Source: Leucoraja erinacea (taxonomy: Eukaryota). From it: a DNA stretch of 64,000 nucleotides. The notes beneath the pieces were generated by a model. It saw only the letters and a program-made list of their open reading frames with translations. It was not told the origin of the DNA and did not search any database. Numbering within the stretch: the first letter of the stretch is position 1; the number at the start of each line of letters is the position of its first letter. Below, piece after piece: positions 1-11,973 of this stretch. The DNA lies in assembly GCF_028641065.1 (NCBI RefSeq), contig NC_073408.1, forward strand, positions 13,516,001 through 13,580,000, in the 5' to 3' direction. A program made the translations under genes and the position numbers.

Positions 1-150
1 AATAAATGATTTGCTAGCCAGCAATGTGGTTGTAATGAATGATGAATTGTTAACCCTTAATGTGCTTGCACTAAATGATTTGTTAGCCAGTTATGTGCTT
101 GCAATGAATGTTGATTTGCATGTGCTTGCAATAAATTATTTGTTAGCCTA
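1..150. repeat. Degenerate ~30-35 bp tandem repeat (truncated by window edge)
   Basis: Recurrent tgtgcttgca(a/c)t(a/g)aat and atttgttagcc motifs. Confidence 0.6.
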
Positions 151-154
151 ATAT

Positions 155-572
155 CCCCCCCCCCCCCACCCACTGCCTTCTATCCCTATATAACCCCCCC
201 CCCCCCCACCACCACCACCACATCTCCACCCCTTGTGTCCATCTAGATTCTCGTCTATTTCTCCCCATCCCCTTTCAGATATATTCCTTCATCTAGCTTC
301 ATAATTTGTTCTTCTTCAATCCTTTTGATTCACACCTTTTGGCTTTTCATCTCTGGCCTCTGTCCATCTGCTATCAAATAAACCTCCACACCTGTGTTGG
401 CCTATTTGCCAGACTTTGTCCTGTTCCTCCATTCCAGATTTTTCCCCCCCCCCCCCCCCCCACTTCTTCCCCCACCAAAATCCATCTGAAAACGAGTCCT
501 GACCAAAAAGATTAACTATCTATGTTCTCCTGCGATGCTGCCTGACCCTCTGAGCTACTTTAGCACTCTGTT
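155..572 (+). mobile_element. Decayed Penelope 3' region with pLTR relic
   Basis: C-rich UTR-like tract followed by tctgaaaacgagtcctgaccaaaa...gatgctgcctgaccctctgagctactttagca, matching other pLTR copies in the window. Confidence 0.55.
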
Positions 573-2718
573 TATTCTTTAGCCACCACCATTCCCAATC
601 TGTACTGGCAATCAAACTCATATCCAGCTTTAGACCTTACCTGGTTTAATCTATATGTAACTTCATACCCACCAATATAGTTGATAATTTGGGGATGGGG
701 AATAAATATTGGCCTTGCCAATAAAACATTGATCTAATGGATGGCCTTTATGTTGACCTTATCATTATCATCAATCCCCCCCCAAATATATATGTTAAGT
801 TATTTGAGGCTTGGTAAGATCCTGTCAAAAGTGCCGTGCAGTGGCCTTGAATACTCCATTGAACTTACAGTCCATACCCATCAGAATGATACCAAAGTTA
901 AGCAATGACAATAGGATACTTGCAGCTATGAGTATTTTCCTGATTGTGGAAGACTTATAACATGATCCAAGTGAAGAGTTTAAGATAATAAATGGATTGT
1001 ATGGAATGAATGGAGAGAGACAGGAGGAAGAAAGAGACTGAGACATAACCTTGCCATTAAATCCAGGGTACTAGGAATGAAGTGCTTTCACATAAAATTT
1101 GGAACACTCTTTTATCAAAAAGTTGTGAGTTAATAAAAAGTGGTAGCTCAAGCTGAATTTTTAGATGAGGTATCTAGAGATTTTGAGTAAATGCAGGAAG
1201 TGCAATTTGTGTGCAGTTCAAGATCTAATGTACTGGTGAAATTGGCTCAAAGGCTGAATATTCTACTCAATGACCTATTGCAGTTCCTAAATTTCTGGCA
1301 GAAAAATAAGTGAAAAGTACACGATGATCTATGTGGAGCTTAATTTGTTCTGCTGCGCCTGTTATTTTTGAACCTTGATTAATTTTCCAGAAAACTTACA
1401 GCTCTGAGCACTTTTTAAAAATATATATAAATTATAGAGTTCTCGCACAATATTCACGAGGATACATTGCTTCAATGACTGATGAATTATTGACCAATAT
1501 TCAGATTGCTTGTGATTAATTGACTGTAATTACATCCCCAGTTGACATTGAATGAAATATCGTCAATTTTTGAAAAACATTTTTATGCCTGGTGCACCTT
1601 GAATTAAGTTCAATACTTAATATTTTTTGCCATTATTTCATAGTTTATTGATTTGTATACTTTAAATACCTCTGTGAAAAAAAATTGGCAGTTCATGACA
1701 TACCTCTGAGCTTTTCATCCCTACTGCAGTGTATATCATTAGCATCTATCTACTGATATGCAAACTGTTGAAGGTTAAACTAAGTTTGGATTTCTTTTCA
1801 GTTTGATATTAACCAGGGGAAAATATCAAAGGAATATAAAATAAGGGTGATTCACCAAATCTGCACTCTCCAGAGTTAAGGCTCAAAGAATTGAAATTGC
1901 ATGCCAATTTAAGATAAACCAGTCTAAGCCATTGATCATGTAACAGACAAGCCTCATCTTAAACTTCTTAAGTTAAAATGCTTTGCAATAAACAAAACTT
2001 GGTAACCGATCATAAACGGATTAAGGGAGTTAATCAAGGTTTTGTGATGTCTGTGGGCTGGCTTAGCTAGAACTTTAACAGTTTGTGATTAGAAGTAGGA
2101 AAAGCAACCAGTCAGCAAGTCTGTCACCACACTCCACTGAGACCTGTGTTAATCATTGTCATGATTGTACCTTTCCCAGTCCCAGTGTTGAAGAAGATTG
2201 ATTATCCGAGTTAGCAGCTGCTTTAACGAAAGAAAGTGCTTGCATTTATAAATGCCTGGAAATTCAATTGCATCACATTTTTGCTTTTCAGCATTATGCA
2301 AGTGCAAATTGAATTTTTCTCTTCCCTTTCGCAGTGTGAAGTGCAATAATGAATGTTTCTGGGTCATGTTGCATTGCTCTGAAAATTCAGATGGGCTTTA
2401 CCAACCACGAGTCACGATACCGCCATAATGAAGTGCATGTGGCAGTGTCCACTTGATCTATCATCCCATCACTGTTCCACCCAATCACCCCCGAATAAAT
2501 GCCAGAATCGCAATGTCCCCATCTGAAATACCAAATACCTTAAGCTGATATGTCCATAGGCGATTGCAGATATTCTGTGGTCTATTTTATTTCTCCTGCA
2601 GCTCTCCCACTCGCTGCTGTTTTCTTTTATTTACCTATTTGCCTCTCCCCTCTCCCTTCATTTTCTTTTCTACATGGTATCACATTATCTCCCTACCCTC
2701 ACCTTACCCTATAATCAA

Positions 2719-2806
2719 GGGGTGGCACAATGGCATTGCAGTAGGGTTGCTGCCTTAGTGCCAGAGATCCAGGTATGACCCTGACTATGGATGCTGTCTG
2801 TATGAA
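2719..2806 (+). mobile_element. HE1-type SINE, 5' tRNA-related head only
   Basis: ggggtggcacaatggc...gttgctgcctt...ctgactatggatgctgtctgtatg resembles heads of the full copies. Confidence 0.6.
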
Positions 2807-2914
2807 GCTCTTCAAGTTTTTGGTTCCAGCTGCTTCTTCTGTTTTCACTCGTGGCAGAGGGAATGTTTAATTTCCCATAGGTCCAAGTCCTTGGTGAACA
2901 GGTAAACTTCCTCC

Positions 2915-3057
2915 GAGTCTGAAGAAGGGTTTTGGCCCGAAACGTCGCCTATTTCAGAGTCTGAAGAAGGGTTTCGGCCTGAAACATCGCCTATTTCCTT
3001 CGCTCCATAGATGCTGCTGCACCCGCTGTGTTTCTCCAGCAATTTTGTGTACCTTTG
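2915..3057 (+). mobile_element. Penelope pLTR-derived mini-element with two tandem hammerhead motifs
   Basis: TSD aacttcctcc at 2905-2914 and 3058-3067; 42-bp unit duplicated; body matches pLTR of Penelope fragments at 24295 and 32572. Confidence 0.85.
2919..2988 (+). ncRNA. Two minimal type I hammerhead ribozyme motifs (2919-2946, 2961-2988)
   Basis: CUGAAGA-A-GGGU(UUUG)GCCC-GAAAC-GUC and CUGAAGA-A-GGGU(UUCG)GCCU-GAAAC-AUC; conserved CUGANGA/GAAA core; activity untested. Confidence 0.7.
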
Positions 3058-3699
3058 AACTTCCTCCTAGAGTTGGCTGCTTTTAGACAGCTTCTTCCCA
3101 CTCTTACACTTACAATGCTCTGCTATTCTACAATGCTCTAAGTAGTCAGTAAAGTGCTTGATCTGACAGAGTAATTGATTCAGAATGACAGCAGAGAATG
3201 GTCCCTGAGCCTTTTTAATGAGGCTTCAACTCCTTGGTGAAGGTGCGGGGCCAATTAGCGCCAGCTAACTCCCTCCACCTCAGTTGATAGTTCTAAATCA
3301 ATTTAATAGCTATACTAACTCCTTCAAGTGATCTCCTCAGAGAGAAATGCTCATCTTTGCATGATGAAGGGAACAAAGTTATAAGCATAATATTTTAATT
3401 GCAGTCTATTTAAAAAATGAAAGTGAAGCTTTGCCTTGGGCAGTAATGATAAATGAGCGGTATCCTTTTGGGCACTTATTACATGGCCCATTATATTCTT
3501 TCAAAGAAACTGAAGAGCATTGTGGATAGTTTATTTGACCCCTTCCATCTAGTGCTACCATCCAGGTCAAAGTTCAACCCTGTGCTATATTTTAATGTAT
3601 TGTAATCCAAGTGCAAATAACAAATGGAACATGTGCCTTTTTTTTCAAAATCTGGATTGTGATCATGCTACCAATGGCATGATCCAATTGAAATAACAA

Positions 3700-3830
3700 A
3701 ATCGAAGATAGACACAAAATACATGGTTAATTCAGCATATCTGGAGAAATAGGTGATGTTTTGGGTCGAGACATTTCTTCATACTGAGAGTCAGGGGAGA
3801 AGGAAACTAGAGGTAACTAGGGTAGTGGAG
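3700..3830 (-). mobile_element. Decayed Penelope pLTR copy
   Basis: gaagatagacacaaaa...ggtgatgttttgggtcgagacatttcttca is the reverse complement of the pLTR/hammerhead consensus. Confidence 0.65.
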
Positions 3831-4379
3831 GGACTGAGAGAAAGGGACTATAAAGGTTACAAAAATTATCGGATTTAAGGTTACAAACATTATTGGATTT
3901 AGTTAAACATATTAGAAAGAGCATCTATGAAACTCATTCAAAATCTTCCGTAATAGTATTTTGTACCTACTATCTATTCCAATAGTTCTTTTTTCAATTT
4001 ATGCTCCTCCTTAAAGATTACATGACTGATGAAGTTTCAGATTATCTGTCCCAAAGTCGTCTTTTGTCACTCTATGCCAACATTTGTTTGATAACATTCC
4101 TGTGAAGTGTCCTGCGATATTTCACATCATAGTTGCTCTACAAACATGCCACTGTACTATTGCCCTCACAGGGATTCTGTTGATAGGAAATAATGCGTCT
4201 TCCATTCGTCCTCATGGTGGGCAAAGGCCAAACATGAAAAGACAAAAGGTGTGAGACAAAAGGATTGGAGTTGCGAATTATGAAGCCTGGGGAAGGGGAT
4301 GTAGGTAGAAGTGGCGAGGGAGGGGATATTTCCCCTTTACCTTACCCCTCTCCCCCCATGTGCCCTGCCTGAACCCTCA

Positions 4380-4616
4380 CATTTTTCACCCAGAGAGTTT
4401 TGAATTTGTGGAATTCTCTGCCACAGAGAGCAGTGGAGGCCAATTCACTGGATGAATTTAAAAGATAAGCTCTTGGGGCTAGCAGAATCAAGGGGTATGG
4501 GGAGAAGGCAGGCATGGGTTACTGATTGTGGATGATCAGCTATGATCACAATGAATGGAGGTGCTGGCCTGAAGGTCCGAATGGCCTCATCCAGCACCCA
4601 TTTTCTATGTTTCTAA
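4380..4616 (+). mobile_element. CR1/HER1 LINE 3' end
   Basis: tgtggaattctctgccacag...gtggaggcc (WNSLP..VEA), conserved 3' UTR and ttctatgtttcta tail. Confidence 0.8.
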
Positions 4617-4835
4617 GTAGCATATGGGTGGGAAATTGTAACTTTGTAAGCACCCTTCAGGGGCAACTATTGCACACCTTGGCAAGGTTTGCAAGCAAAT
4701 AATTTCACTGTGACTTGTCACATGTGACAATGAAGTTTTCATATATTCATTCACCTTGATGCCAGATTAAATAAAATCAGCTTGTTGATCACAAACTGGA
4801 GACTGATTACCAGACTGACACTGGAAATAAAAGGA

Positions 4836-5230
4836 AAGCCACAAAATGCTGGAGTAACTCAGTGGGACGGGCAGCATCTCTGGATAGAAGGAATGGGTGA
4901 CATTTCGGATCAAGACTCAGTTGCAAGGGAGAGGGAGACACAGAGATAAGGAAGGGTAAGGTGAAAAATGAGACATCAAAAGCATAGAATGTAGAGTAGA
5001 TCATTGTTAGCTAGGAGAAGGTGACAACAAAGCAACCAGAGATAAAATGTAGTCAGGGGGACAGTCAGACTGATCGGAGAACTGGGAAGGCGGGAGGATG
5101 GAGAGAGAGGGAAAGCAAGAGTCACTTGAAAAAGTCAATATTCATACCGCTGGGGTATAAGCTGCCCAAGCAAAAATTAGGTGTTGTTCCTCCAATTTGT
5201 GCTGGACTTCACTGACAATGGAGGAGGCCC
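4836..5230 (-). mobile_element. Penelope 3' fragment (end of GIY-YIG ORF, UTR, pLTR)
   Basis: Homologous to 24300-24605 (aagtcaat.ttcat.ccg.tggg...ccaagc...ctccaatttg...tggaggaggccc). Confidence 0.8.
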
Positions 5231-5309
5231 ACTAATCCATAAAAGGTTCAGGTTGTGAGCCTAGGTTTGCTACCATAGGAGATGATGTTGAAATATGTAA
5301 GATTAATTA

Positions 5310-5960
5310 AGGGCCTGTCCCACTTAGGTAATTTGTTTGGCCACCGCCGGCGACCGTCACAGTCGTAGCAGGTCGCCGAAAAAAAACGGCGACTGTCCCC
5401 CCCCCCCCCCCCCCCACGATAATGTTTACGACAACCTACCACATAGCCGACGTCAAGCTACAGCAAGCTACCGACAACTGGCGACCCATTAGGACGTCCA
5501 CCTACGACCACACCTACAACAACCTACAGGCAAAACCTACGACAACCTGTCAACCTATGTCCACCCGCGACAAGCTAGGACAAGCTACGACCCTGTCGGC
5601 GACAATTGAAGACAATTCAGTTGGCGGTATCTGCCGCCGTTTGACGTAGGTTGATGTAGGTAGTTGCCAATGGAATGCACCGAGGTCATCACCCAGCGAC
5701 AACCTACATCATCTGGCAACAACCTGTGTCATCCTGGCGACAACCTATGACATCACCTCTGATGGGAGAAGACAAGCTGCATCAAGTACATAGTCGCCGG
5801 AAGATTTTGAACATTTCAACATCCAGCGGCGACATGAAAAGAGTTATTATTACATCCTTAGGCGACTTGACGATACAACTCACGACCATACAGGCGTCAC
5901 CCCGCGACCATGTGACGACAGTGTTGTCGCTGAAAAAATCGTCTAAGTGGGACCGGTCCT
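5310..5960. mobile_element. PIF/Harbinger-type MITE
   Basis: TIRs agggcctgtcccacttag / ctaagtgggaccggtcct; TTA TSD at 5307-5309 and 5961-5963; CpG-rich interior with seven CGACAA motifs. Confidence 0.85.
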
Positions 5961-6984
5961 TTAAGGACTAGACAATGCAGAAGGTTTATCTCGCAAGGAA
6001 GAGTACGACATAAAAGAGACCTAACGTCAAAATTAGAACAAGACTATTGATGAGATGTCTGATCCAAGAAAGCACTCTTGACGGATTTTTTTTTAGAAAT
6101 CGGGAATCCTCTCCCTAAGCAGATCGTGAGGGTCGGTCAATGGTAAATTTCTGAATTGTGTTAGTCAGATTTTAGTAATGTCTTGCTCTTCTTCTTGTAT
6201 TCATCACAAATCATCAGCCACAACCTGGAAATCCCAAAACATGTTCTAGGAATCTAACAATAGTCACAATATTAGTGGCTTGCATGTTAGCTATTTTGGA
6301 ATCCATATATTCTGATCAAAGAATTAAGGAGGAACTTTTGAAGCTGTGTGAACTATAGTGATAGACATAATGAACAACAAAGAGCCTCTATTATAGTAAC
6401 TATTCCTAGTAGAAACAGGAATAGAGCATGTTTTGAGATTTTCAGGTCATGATCATATTTCATCTGCATCTAGAGGAAGTGTTTAGTTCTTGTACTCAGC
6501 TGATGCCGAGGATCAATTTCAGTAATGGGATTACAGCTATACTTCTTTCTACCAATTGAAAAGTGGGTTTTAAATGTGGCAGTGATGCAAGTAGTCCATT
6601 ACAGTAAAGTCTCTGGTAATAGATTTGATTCTGTTAGTGGTTTGAATGATGTTCTTAAAATTGTGGTAATTTATATCCTGGCTCTTTAACACCATAAGCT
6701 AAACCTGAGCGATATTGAAGCCTGTGCACATTTGTTTATGCTCGGTATGCATTAAGTTGAGGAAAGCTGGCAGTTTTTTTTCACTTTGCAGGGAATAAAT
6801 TCTGCCAGTGCCTAAATGAGTTTGCAAATCTCCTGAATGGAGGTTGACAGCTAAAGTGCACGCTCAGTCTCCACCTTCTGCATGATTGGCATTCGCACAA
6901 CAAAAGGTAATTGCGAATGGAAAAAAAATCAGCTCTTGGAGTGTGGCTTTTAACTATCTTTCTGGAAAAAAAAGAAAGTCATTT

Positions 6985-7125
6985 TCATATGTTCATAAGA
7001 TCATAAGATGTTAAGTGATAGGAGTAGAATTAGGCCATTCGGCCCATCAAGTCAACTCTGCCATTCAATCATGGCTGATCTTTCTCTCCTAACCCTATTC
7101 TTCTGCCTTCTCTTCATAACCTTTA
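6985..7125 (-). mobile_element. CR1 LINE 3' tail fragment
   Basis: gaattaggccattcggccc...ccattcaatcatggctgatc is the reverse complement of the CR1 3' UTR stem-loop. Confidence 0.75.
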
Positions 7126-7325
7126 GAACCATATTGAAAAGAAACACACAGGATATTACCTCAAGTCTGTGGCTCAGAAATGGTGTGCTCTTGTAAGTCC
7201 TAATGTTTAAAACATGAGAGAAGAAAAATCAATCCAAGGAATTCCTGTCATGAGATGAGAGCATTATCTCAACTGGCTATCTCAATTAGTGTTATATAGA
7301 TAATGAGGCAGAGGCAAATATTCTT

Positions 7326-7480
7326 GGAGACACAGGAAACTGCAGATGCTGGTTTACAAAAAAAAGATGCAAAGTGTTGGAGTAATTCAATGGGTCAGGC
7401 AGCATTAAGGATAATATGAATAGGTACTGTTTCAGGTCAGGACCCTTCAGTGTGAAGAAGTGTCATGACCCGGAATGTCA
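7326..7480 (-). mobile_element. Decayed pLTR copy with head-to-head hammerhead relic
   Basis: ggaaactgcagatgctggtttac...gggtcaggcagca then gtgtgaagaagtgtcatgacccggaatgtc. Confidence 0.6.
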
Positions 7481-7899
7481 AATAATGTTGGTTTTATTTT
7501 GACCAGATCAAATTTGCATCAGAATTGTAATTAAACACACTGGCCTGTTTTCTCAGAACTTAAATGGCATCTTGTACCTCCAATAAAGCAGGCAGGGTGG
7601 GCAGTAATTGCTAACTGAAAGTTCTTTGTATTGATAAATGGCAAAAATAATTGATAGGGTATTCATTCCCAAAATGCTCATCTAATTTGAGTTTTCTTTC
7701 CATCTTTGCTACATGAAGCATAAATTTGAAGCCATTTTGTGTATATTCTTGGTTCATCTTAGCTGAAACTGACATGTTGCAAAGAGATGATCAGAAGTTT
7801 CCCACGCTTAATATTGACTGACAGTAATATGGGTCAGGCAGCATTTCTGGAGAATATGAATAGGTAATGTTTCAGATCAGGACCCTTCAGTGTGTCTGT

Positions 7900-8043
7900 C
7901 TTGCTGGAGTAACTCAGCAAGACAGGCAACATCTCTGGAGACAAGGAATGAGATGCTGAGATGCTGCCTGTCCCGCTGAGTTACTCCAGCATTTTGTGTC
8001 TATCTTCAGTGTAAACCAGCATCTGCAGTTCCTTCCTACACAT
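7900..8043. mobile_element. Inverted pLTR dimer
   Basis: tgctggagtaactcagc...gcaacatctc arm followed by its reverse complement gagatgctgc...gctgagttactccagca, plus 3' tail. Confidence 0.75.
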
Positions 8044-8534
8044 TCCATAACATTCCAGATTTGTTATCATTTTTAGTCATTTTGTTTCCTGTCTCTGTCC
8101 CCGGCCAAGAGATGGAAAGAATTACCCTCGGGTCTGTACTGATTGCTTGATCAATCAAGAGAATACACATGGTAACTGGATGGAAAAGGAAGATTTGTAT
8201 TAATGTGGTAACCTGTACTTTGAGAGAATGCACTCCACAGCCAAAGAGATACTTAACACTCTGTGAAGACAGAAAGGACAAAATCATGGCACTGTGAAAT
8301 ATTGACGTAAAACTATGACTGACCTCCCCACCACTAGTATTTTGAAGTACTGATGAATCATCTTTGATCATGCCTTACATCAGATTTATTCCACGACCGA
8401 ATCTGTGATTGATATTTTAGTACACTGCAAGGAATGTTGCATTTTGGCCGATGCTTGTACCTTAGTAAAGTGTCAATTATGCTGTTTCATCATTTGTAAA
8501 GAGCAGGAATTTCTCCTGATATCTTAATCCATTG

Positions 8535-8915
8535 GAGGCTGCAGGGAAGACCTGATGGAAGTATATAAAAGTATGAGAAGCATAGATAGGTTAGAATGTC
8601 AACATTAGGATGGGGAAATCAAATATTAAAGGGCATAGGTTTGAGGCTTTAAAATGAGAGGAGCAAAGTTTAAAGGAGATGTGCAGGGCAAGGTTGTACA
8701 GAGAAAAGGGTGAGTGAGTGAGCTGCCAGAAGTGGTGGTTGAGGCAGATATGAAAGTGGCATTTAAAGGACTTTTGGATAGGCATACATATATGCAAGGA
8801 ATGGAGGGATATCGCTAATTAAAAGGCAGACAACATTTGGTCTTGGCATATCATTCAGGACAAACAATGTGGGCCAAAGCGAACTGTTCTTGTATTGTCC
8901 TGTTCAATGTTCTCT
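8535..8915 (+). mobile_element. Old CR1/HER1 LINE 3' fragment
   Basis: ggaggctgcagggaagacctgatggaagtatataaaa (RL.GDL.EVYK) through gtgggcc...tgttc tail. Confidence 0.75.
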
Positions 8916-9202
8916 ATCTAATTATTAACTGACAGAAACGGATTAAGTGGTCAGTTAGCTGGTTTGTTATGTTTCTCAAGAGTAAATATTTTGGATAAAA
9001 GTGTAAAGTGAGAAGTTTGAGAGTTTCAAGCTACTTAGCATTAATATTACCAATCATCTGTCCTGGACCAACCACATTGATGTGAGAGCCACAAAGGCAC
9101 ACCAAAGCCTCTACTTCCTGAGGAGGCTGAGAAAATTCAGCATGGCTCCAGCAACTTTTGCGAACTTCCACAGATGCACCATAGAAAACACACTCTCAGA
9201 TA

Positions 9203-9326
9203 TGAGGCAGATATGAAAGTGGCATTTAAAGGACTTTTGGATAGGCATACATATATGCAAGGAATGGAGGGATATCGATAATTAAAAGGCAGACAACATT
9301 TGGTCTTGGCATATCATTCAGGACAA
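9203..9326 (+). repeat. Direct local duplication of 8740-8863
   Basis: 124 bp, one mismatch by eye. Confidence 0.9.
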
Positions 9327-9514
9327 TCCTGCTCTGTCCAAGACTGCAAGAAATTGGAGAGAGCTGTACGCACCTTGGAAAAGCACTCAACATAATCAAA
9401 GACTTTTGCCACCGGTCATTCCTCCTTCTCCCTGCTCCCATCTGCCAGAAAGTACAGAAGCTTGAACACAGGCATCACCAGACTCAAGAAAACCTCTACC
9501 CCTATTCATAATCA

Positions 9515-9618
9515 ATATCCCTCCATTCCTTGCATATATGTATGCCTATCCAAAAGTCCTTTAAATGCCACTATCATATCTGCCTCAACCACCATTCCTG
9601 GCAGTTCACTCACTCACC
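9515..9618 (-). repeat. Inverted local duplication of 8709-8812
   Basis: 104 bp, about four mismatches by eye; flanked by duplicated tcaccagactcaagaaa. Confidence 0.9.
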
Positions 9619-10048
9619 AGACTCAAGAAAGCATCTACCCCTCTGTTATCACACCTTATGAGCTGTGGGTACTATCTGATTCATCTCCACCCCATTGTGG
9701 ACACAGGACTTTGTCTATGGAACTGATGCACTACAATGCTGTGGACTATATTCTGCACTGTATATCTTCTCCTTTGCTCTGGTCTATTGTACTTGAATTT
9801 GATCTGATTGTGTTTATTATGTAGGTTCTATCTGATATATTTTGGAAATCATGTGAAACAATGCTTTTCACTGTACCTCAGCACATGTGGCAATAATAAC
9901 CCTCCACATAAACTAAAAATACCCAAACAAACATAAAACCATTACTGTAGTTAAAATGTGTATATTAATTCTGAAGACGGGCAGTGACAGCCCCTTGAAG
10001 GCCTAATTTCATAAGGCCCATATTGCCAGATTATCTAAGGCATTAATA

Positions 10049-10356
10049 GGGTGGGATGGTGGTGCAGCGGTAGAGTTGCTGCCTTGCAGCACCAGAGACC
10101 CGGGTTCGATCCTGACTAGGGGTGCTTGTGTGTACGAAGTTAGTACGTTCTCACCGTGACCTGCGTAGGTTTTCTGTGGGATATCCAGTTTCCTCCCACA
10201 CTCCATAGAGGTACAGGTTTGTGGGCTTGGTATAATTGTAAAAGGAAAAGTCCCTAGTGTGTGTAGGATAATGTTAGTGTGCAGGGACCACCGGTCAGTG
10301 TGGACTCGGTGGGTCAAAGGGCTTGTTTCCGCCCTGTATCTCCAAAACTAAACAAA
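10049..10356 (+). mobile_element. HE1-type tRNA-derived SINE
   Basis: A box tggtgcagcgg, B box ggttcgatcc, central domain, LINE-like tail aagggcttgtttccgccctgtatctc and (aaact)n. Confidence 0.9.
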
Positions 10357-10991
10357 ATTTGACTTATTCTCAGAGATGAAATGTTTTGCTTCCTTTGGAT
10401 AACCTTCCTAGTGCAACCTTTACAAAGTAATTAAGTATAGAATTGGCAGATTTCATTGTCAGCCACTTCTGGGGACCAAGCCAATATTCACAGCAGTATA
10501 AATGAACAAAATAGCTTAATCCTCCTGTATTATTAAGTCAATTGTTTAATCGCTATTCCATTTAATTTCAACCCATTTTGCATCCACTTATTTCCGAAAA
10601 ATGTGCTTATCAAGCTAATTGTAGGCAACTCTACTAAGTTCAAGACTTGAAACGTTCAATAGCTGGAAGGTATTACAGTTATGTAATGGGCTCATGATGG
10701 CTTCCCTCTGTACTCTCTCTGGGCCATATCTTGCTCCTATTTTCATAATTTTGGTCACAGTCCTGTACAAAAGTTTGGAAGAAATCCGAACAATATATAT
10801 AACTAAACCTATTTCAGTGGGATTTGCTCTGTCTTCATGTGCAGTACATTCTACTTGATGCAGATGAACAGTGATTGATAGTTTCCAATCTAAAACATCC
10901 TGGAGGCATTAAACCATCATATTCCCTAAATACAGAAATGTAGCTGCAGATCTTTGTAGCTGCAAGTGTAGCTGCAGAAATTGTCCCTAGT

Positions 10992-11310
10992 GGGTCACGG
11001 TGTCACACTGGTAGAGTTGCTGCCTTACAGCGAATGCAGCGCCGGAGACCCGGGTTCGATCCCGGCTACGGGTGCTGTCTGTACGGAGTTTGTACATTCT
11101 CCCCATGACCTGCGTGGGTTTTCTCCGAGATCTTCGGTTTCCTCACACACTCTAAAGACGTACAGGTTTGTAGGTTGATTGGCTTGGTAAATGTAAAAAT
11201 TGTCCCTAGTGGGTGCAGGATTGTGTTGCTGTGCGGGTATCGCTGGTTGACGCGGACCAGGTGGGCCGAAGGGCCTGTTTCCGCGCTGTATCTCTAAAGT
11301 AAACTAAACT
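10992..11310 (+). mobile_element. HE1-type SINE (young, CpG-retaining)
   Basis: B box ggttcgatcc; tail tgggccgaagggcctgtttccgcgctgtatctctaaa and aactaaact. Confidence 0.92.
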
Positions 11311-11720
11311 GGAGACAATAAGAACATTTCTGCAGTGTAAAAAGTATTCATGAAAAATCTAATTTTATCTTAATAAATTGCAGATCCAATTCCCCCACAT
11401 TAGAGTCTCTAAAATGGTTGTATTCTGCATAGCTGCATTTCAAAAAGTCCGCTGGGCTGATGATAAATAAAATAATCCAGACCTTGAATAATAGAATGTG
11501 AATTTGCATCTCATCTAGTTGATTGGAATGTTTCATAGTACTTTCTGAATTACTTTCAGGCGCTGAGGCTGTATATGGTAAAATGCAAATACATCTTCCC
11601 ACAGAGAATCCTGAAATGAATGAAGACTTGTATTGTTCTTTGTGGCTGCTTTGTCTGGGAGCAAAATATTAGGAAATTAATTTTGATGTGGGTTAGCACA
11701 GTAATACATTTTCGTGAGAA

Positions 11721-11973
11721 GGGGCGGCACAGTTGTGCAGCGGTAGAGCTGCAGCCTCACAGTGCCCAAGATTTGGGTTTGAACCTGACTAGTATGGTGT
11801 TTGTACGTTCTCCCAGTGACCACGTGGGTTTTCTCTGGGTGCTCCAATTTTGTCCCACATTCTAAAGATGTGCAGGTTTGCAGGCTTCAATAAATTGTCC
11901 CTTGTGTGTAAGATGTGAAACTGGGATAACATAGTGTATATGTGATCGTTGGTTGGTGCGGACTTGATGGGCC
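11721..11973 (+). mobile_element. HE1-type SINE
   Basis: ggggcggcacagttgtgcagcggtagag head; same body as 10049. Confidence 0.85.

Larger units (their letters stand above)
9051..9918 (+). mobile_element. Rex1/Babar-like LINE 3' fragment, interrupted by local copies of the neighbouring CR1
   Basis: Encodes LSWTNHID..ATKAHQSLYFLRRLRKFSM; tail tttcactgtacctcagcacatgtggcaataa. Confidence 0.75.

Noticed and set aside
10049-10125. tRNA gene (A and B boxes), also at other SINE heads
   Set aside because: Continues into SINE body and LINE-derived tail, so it is a tRNA-derived SINE head
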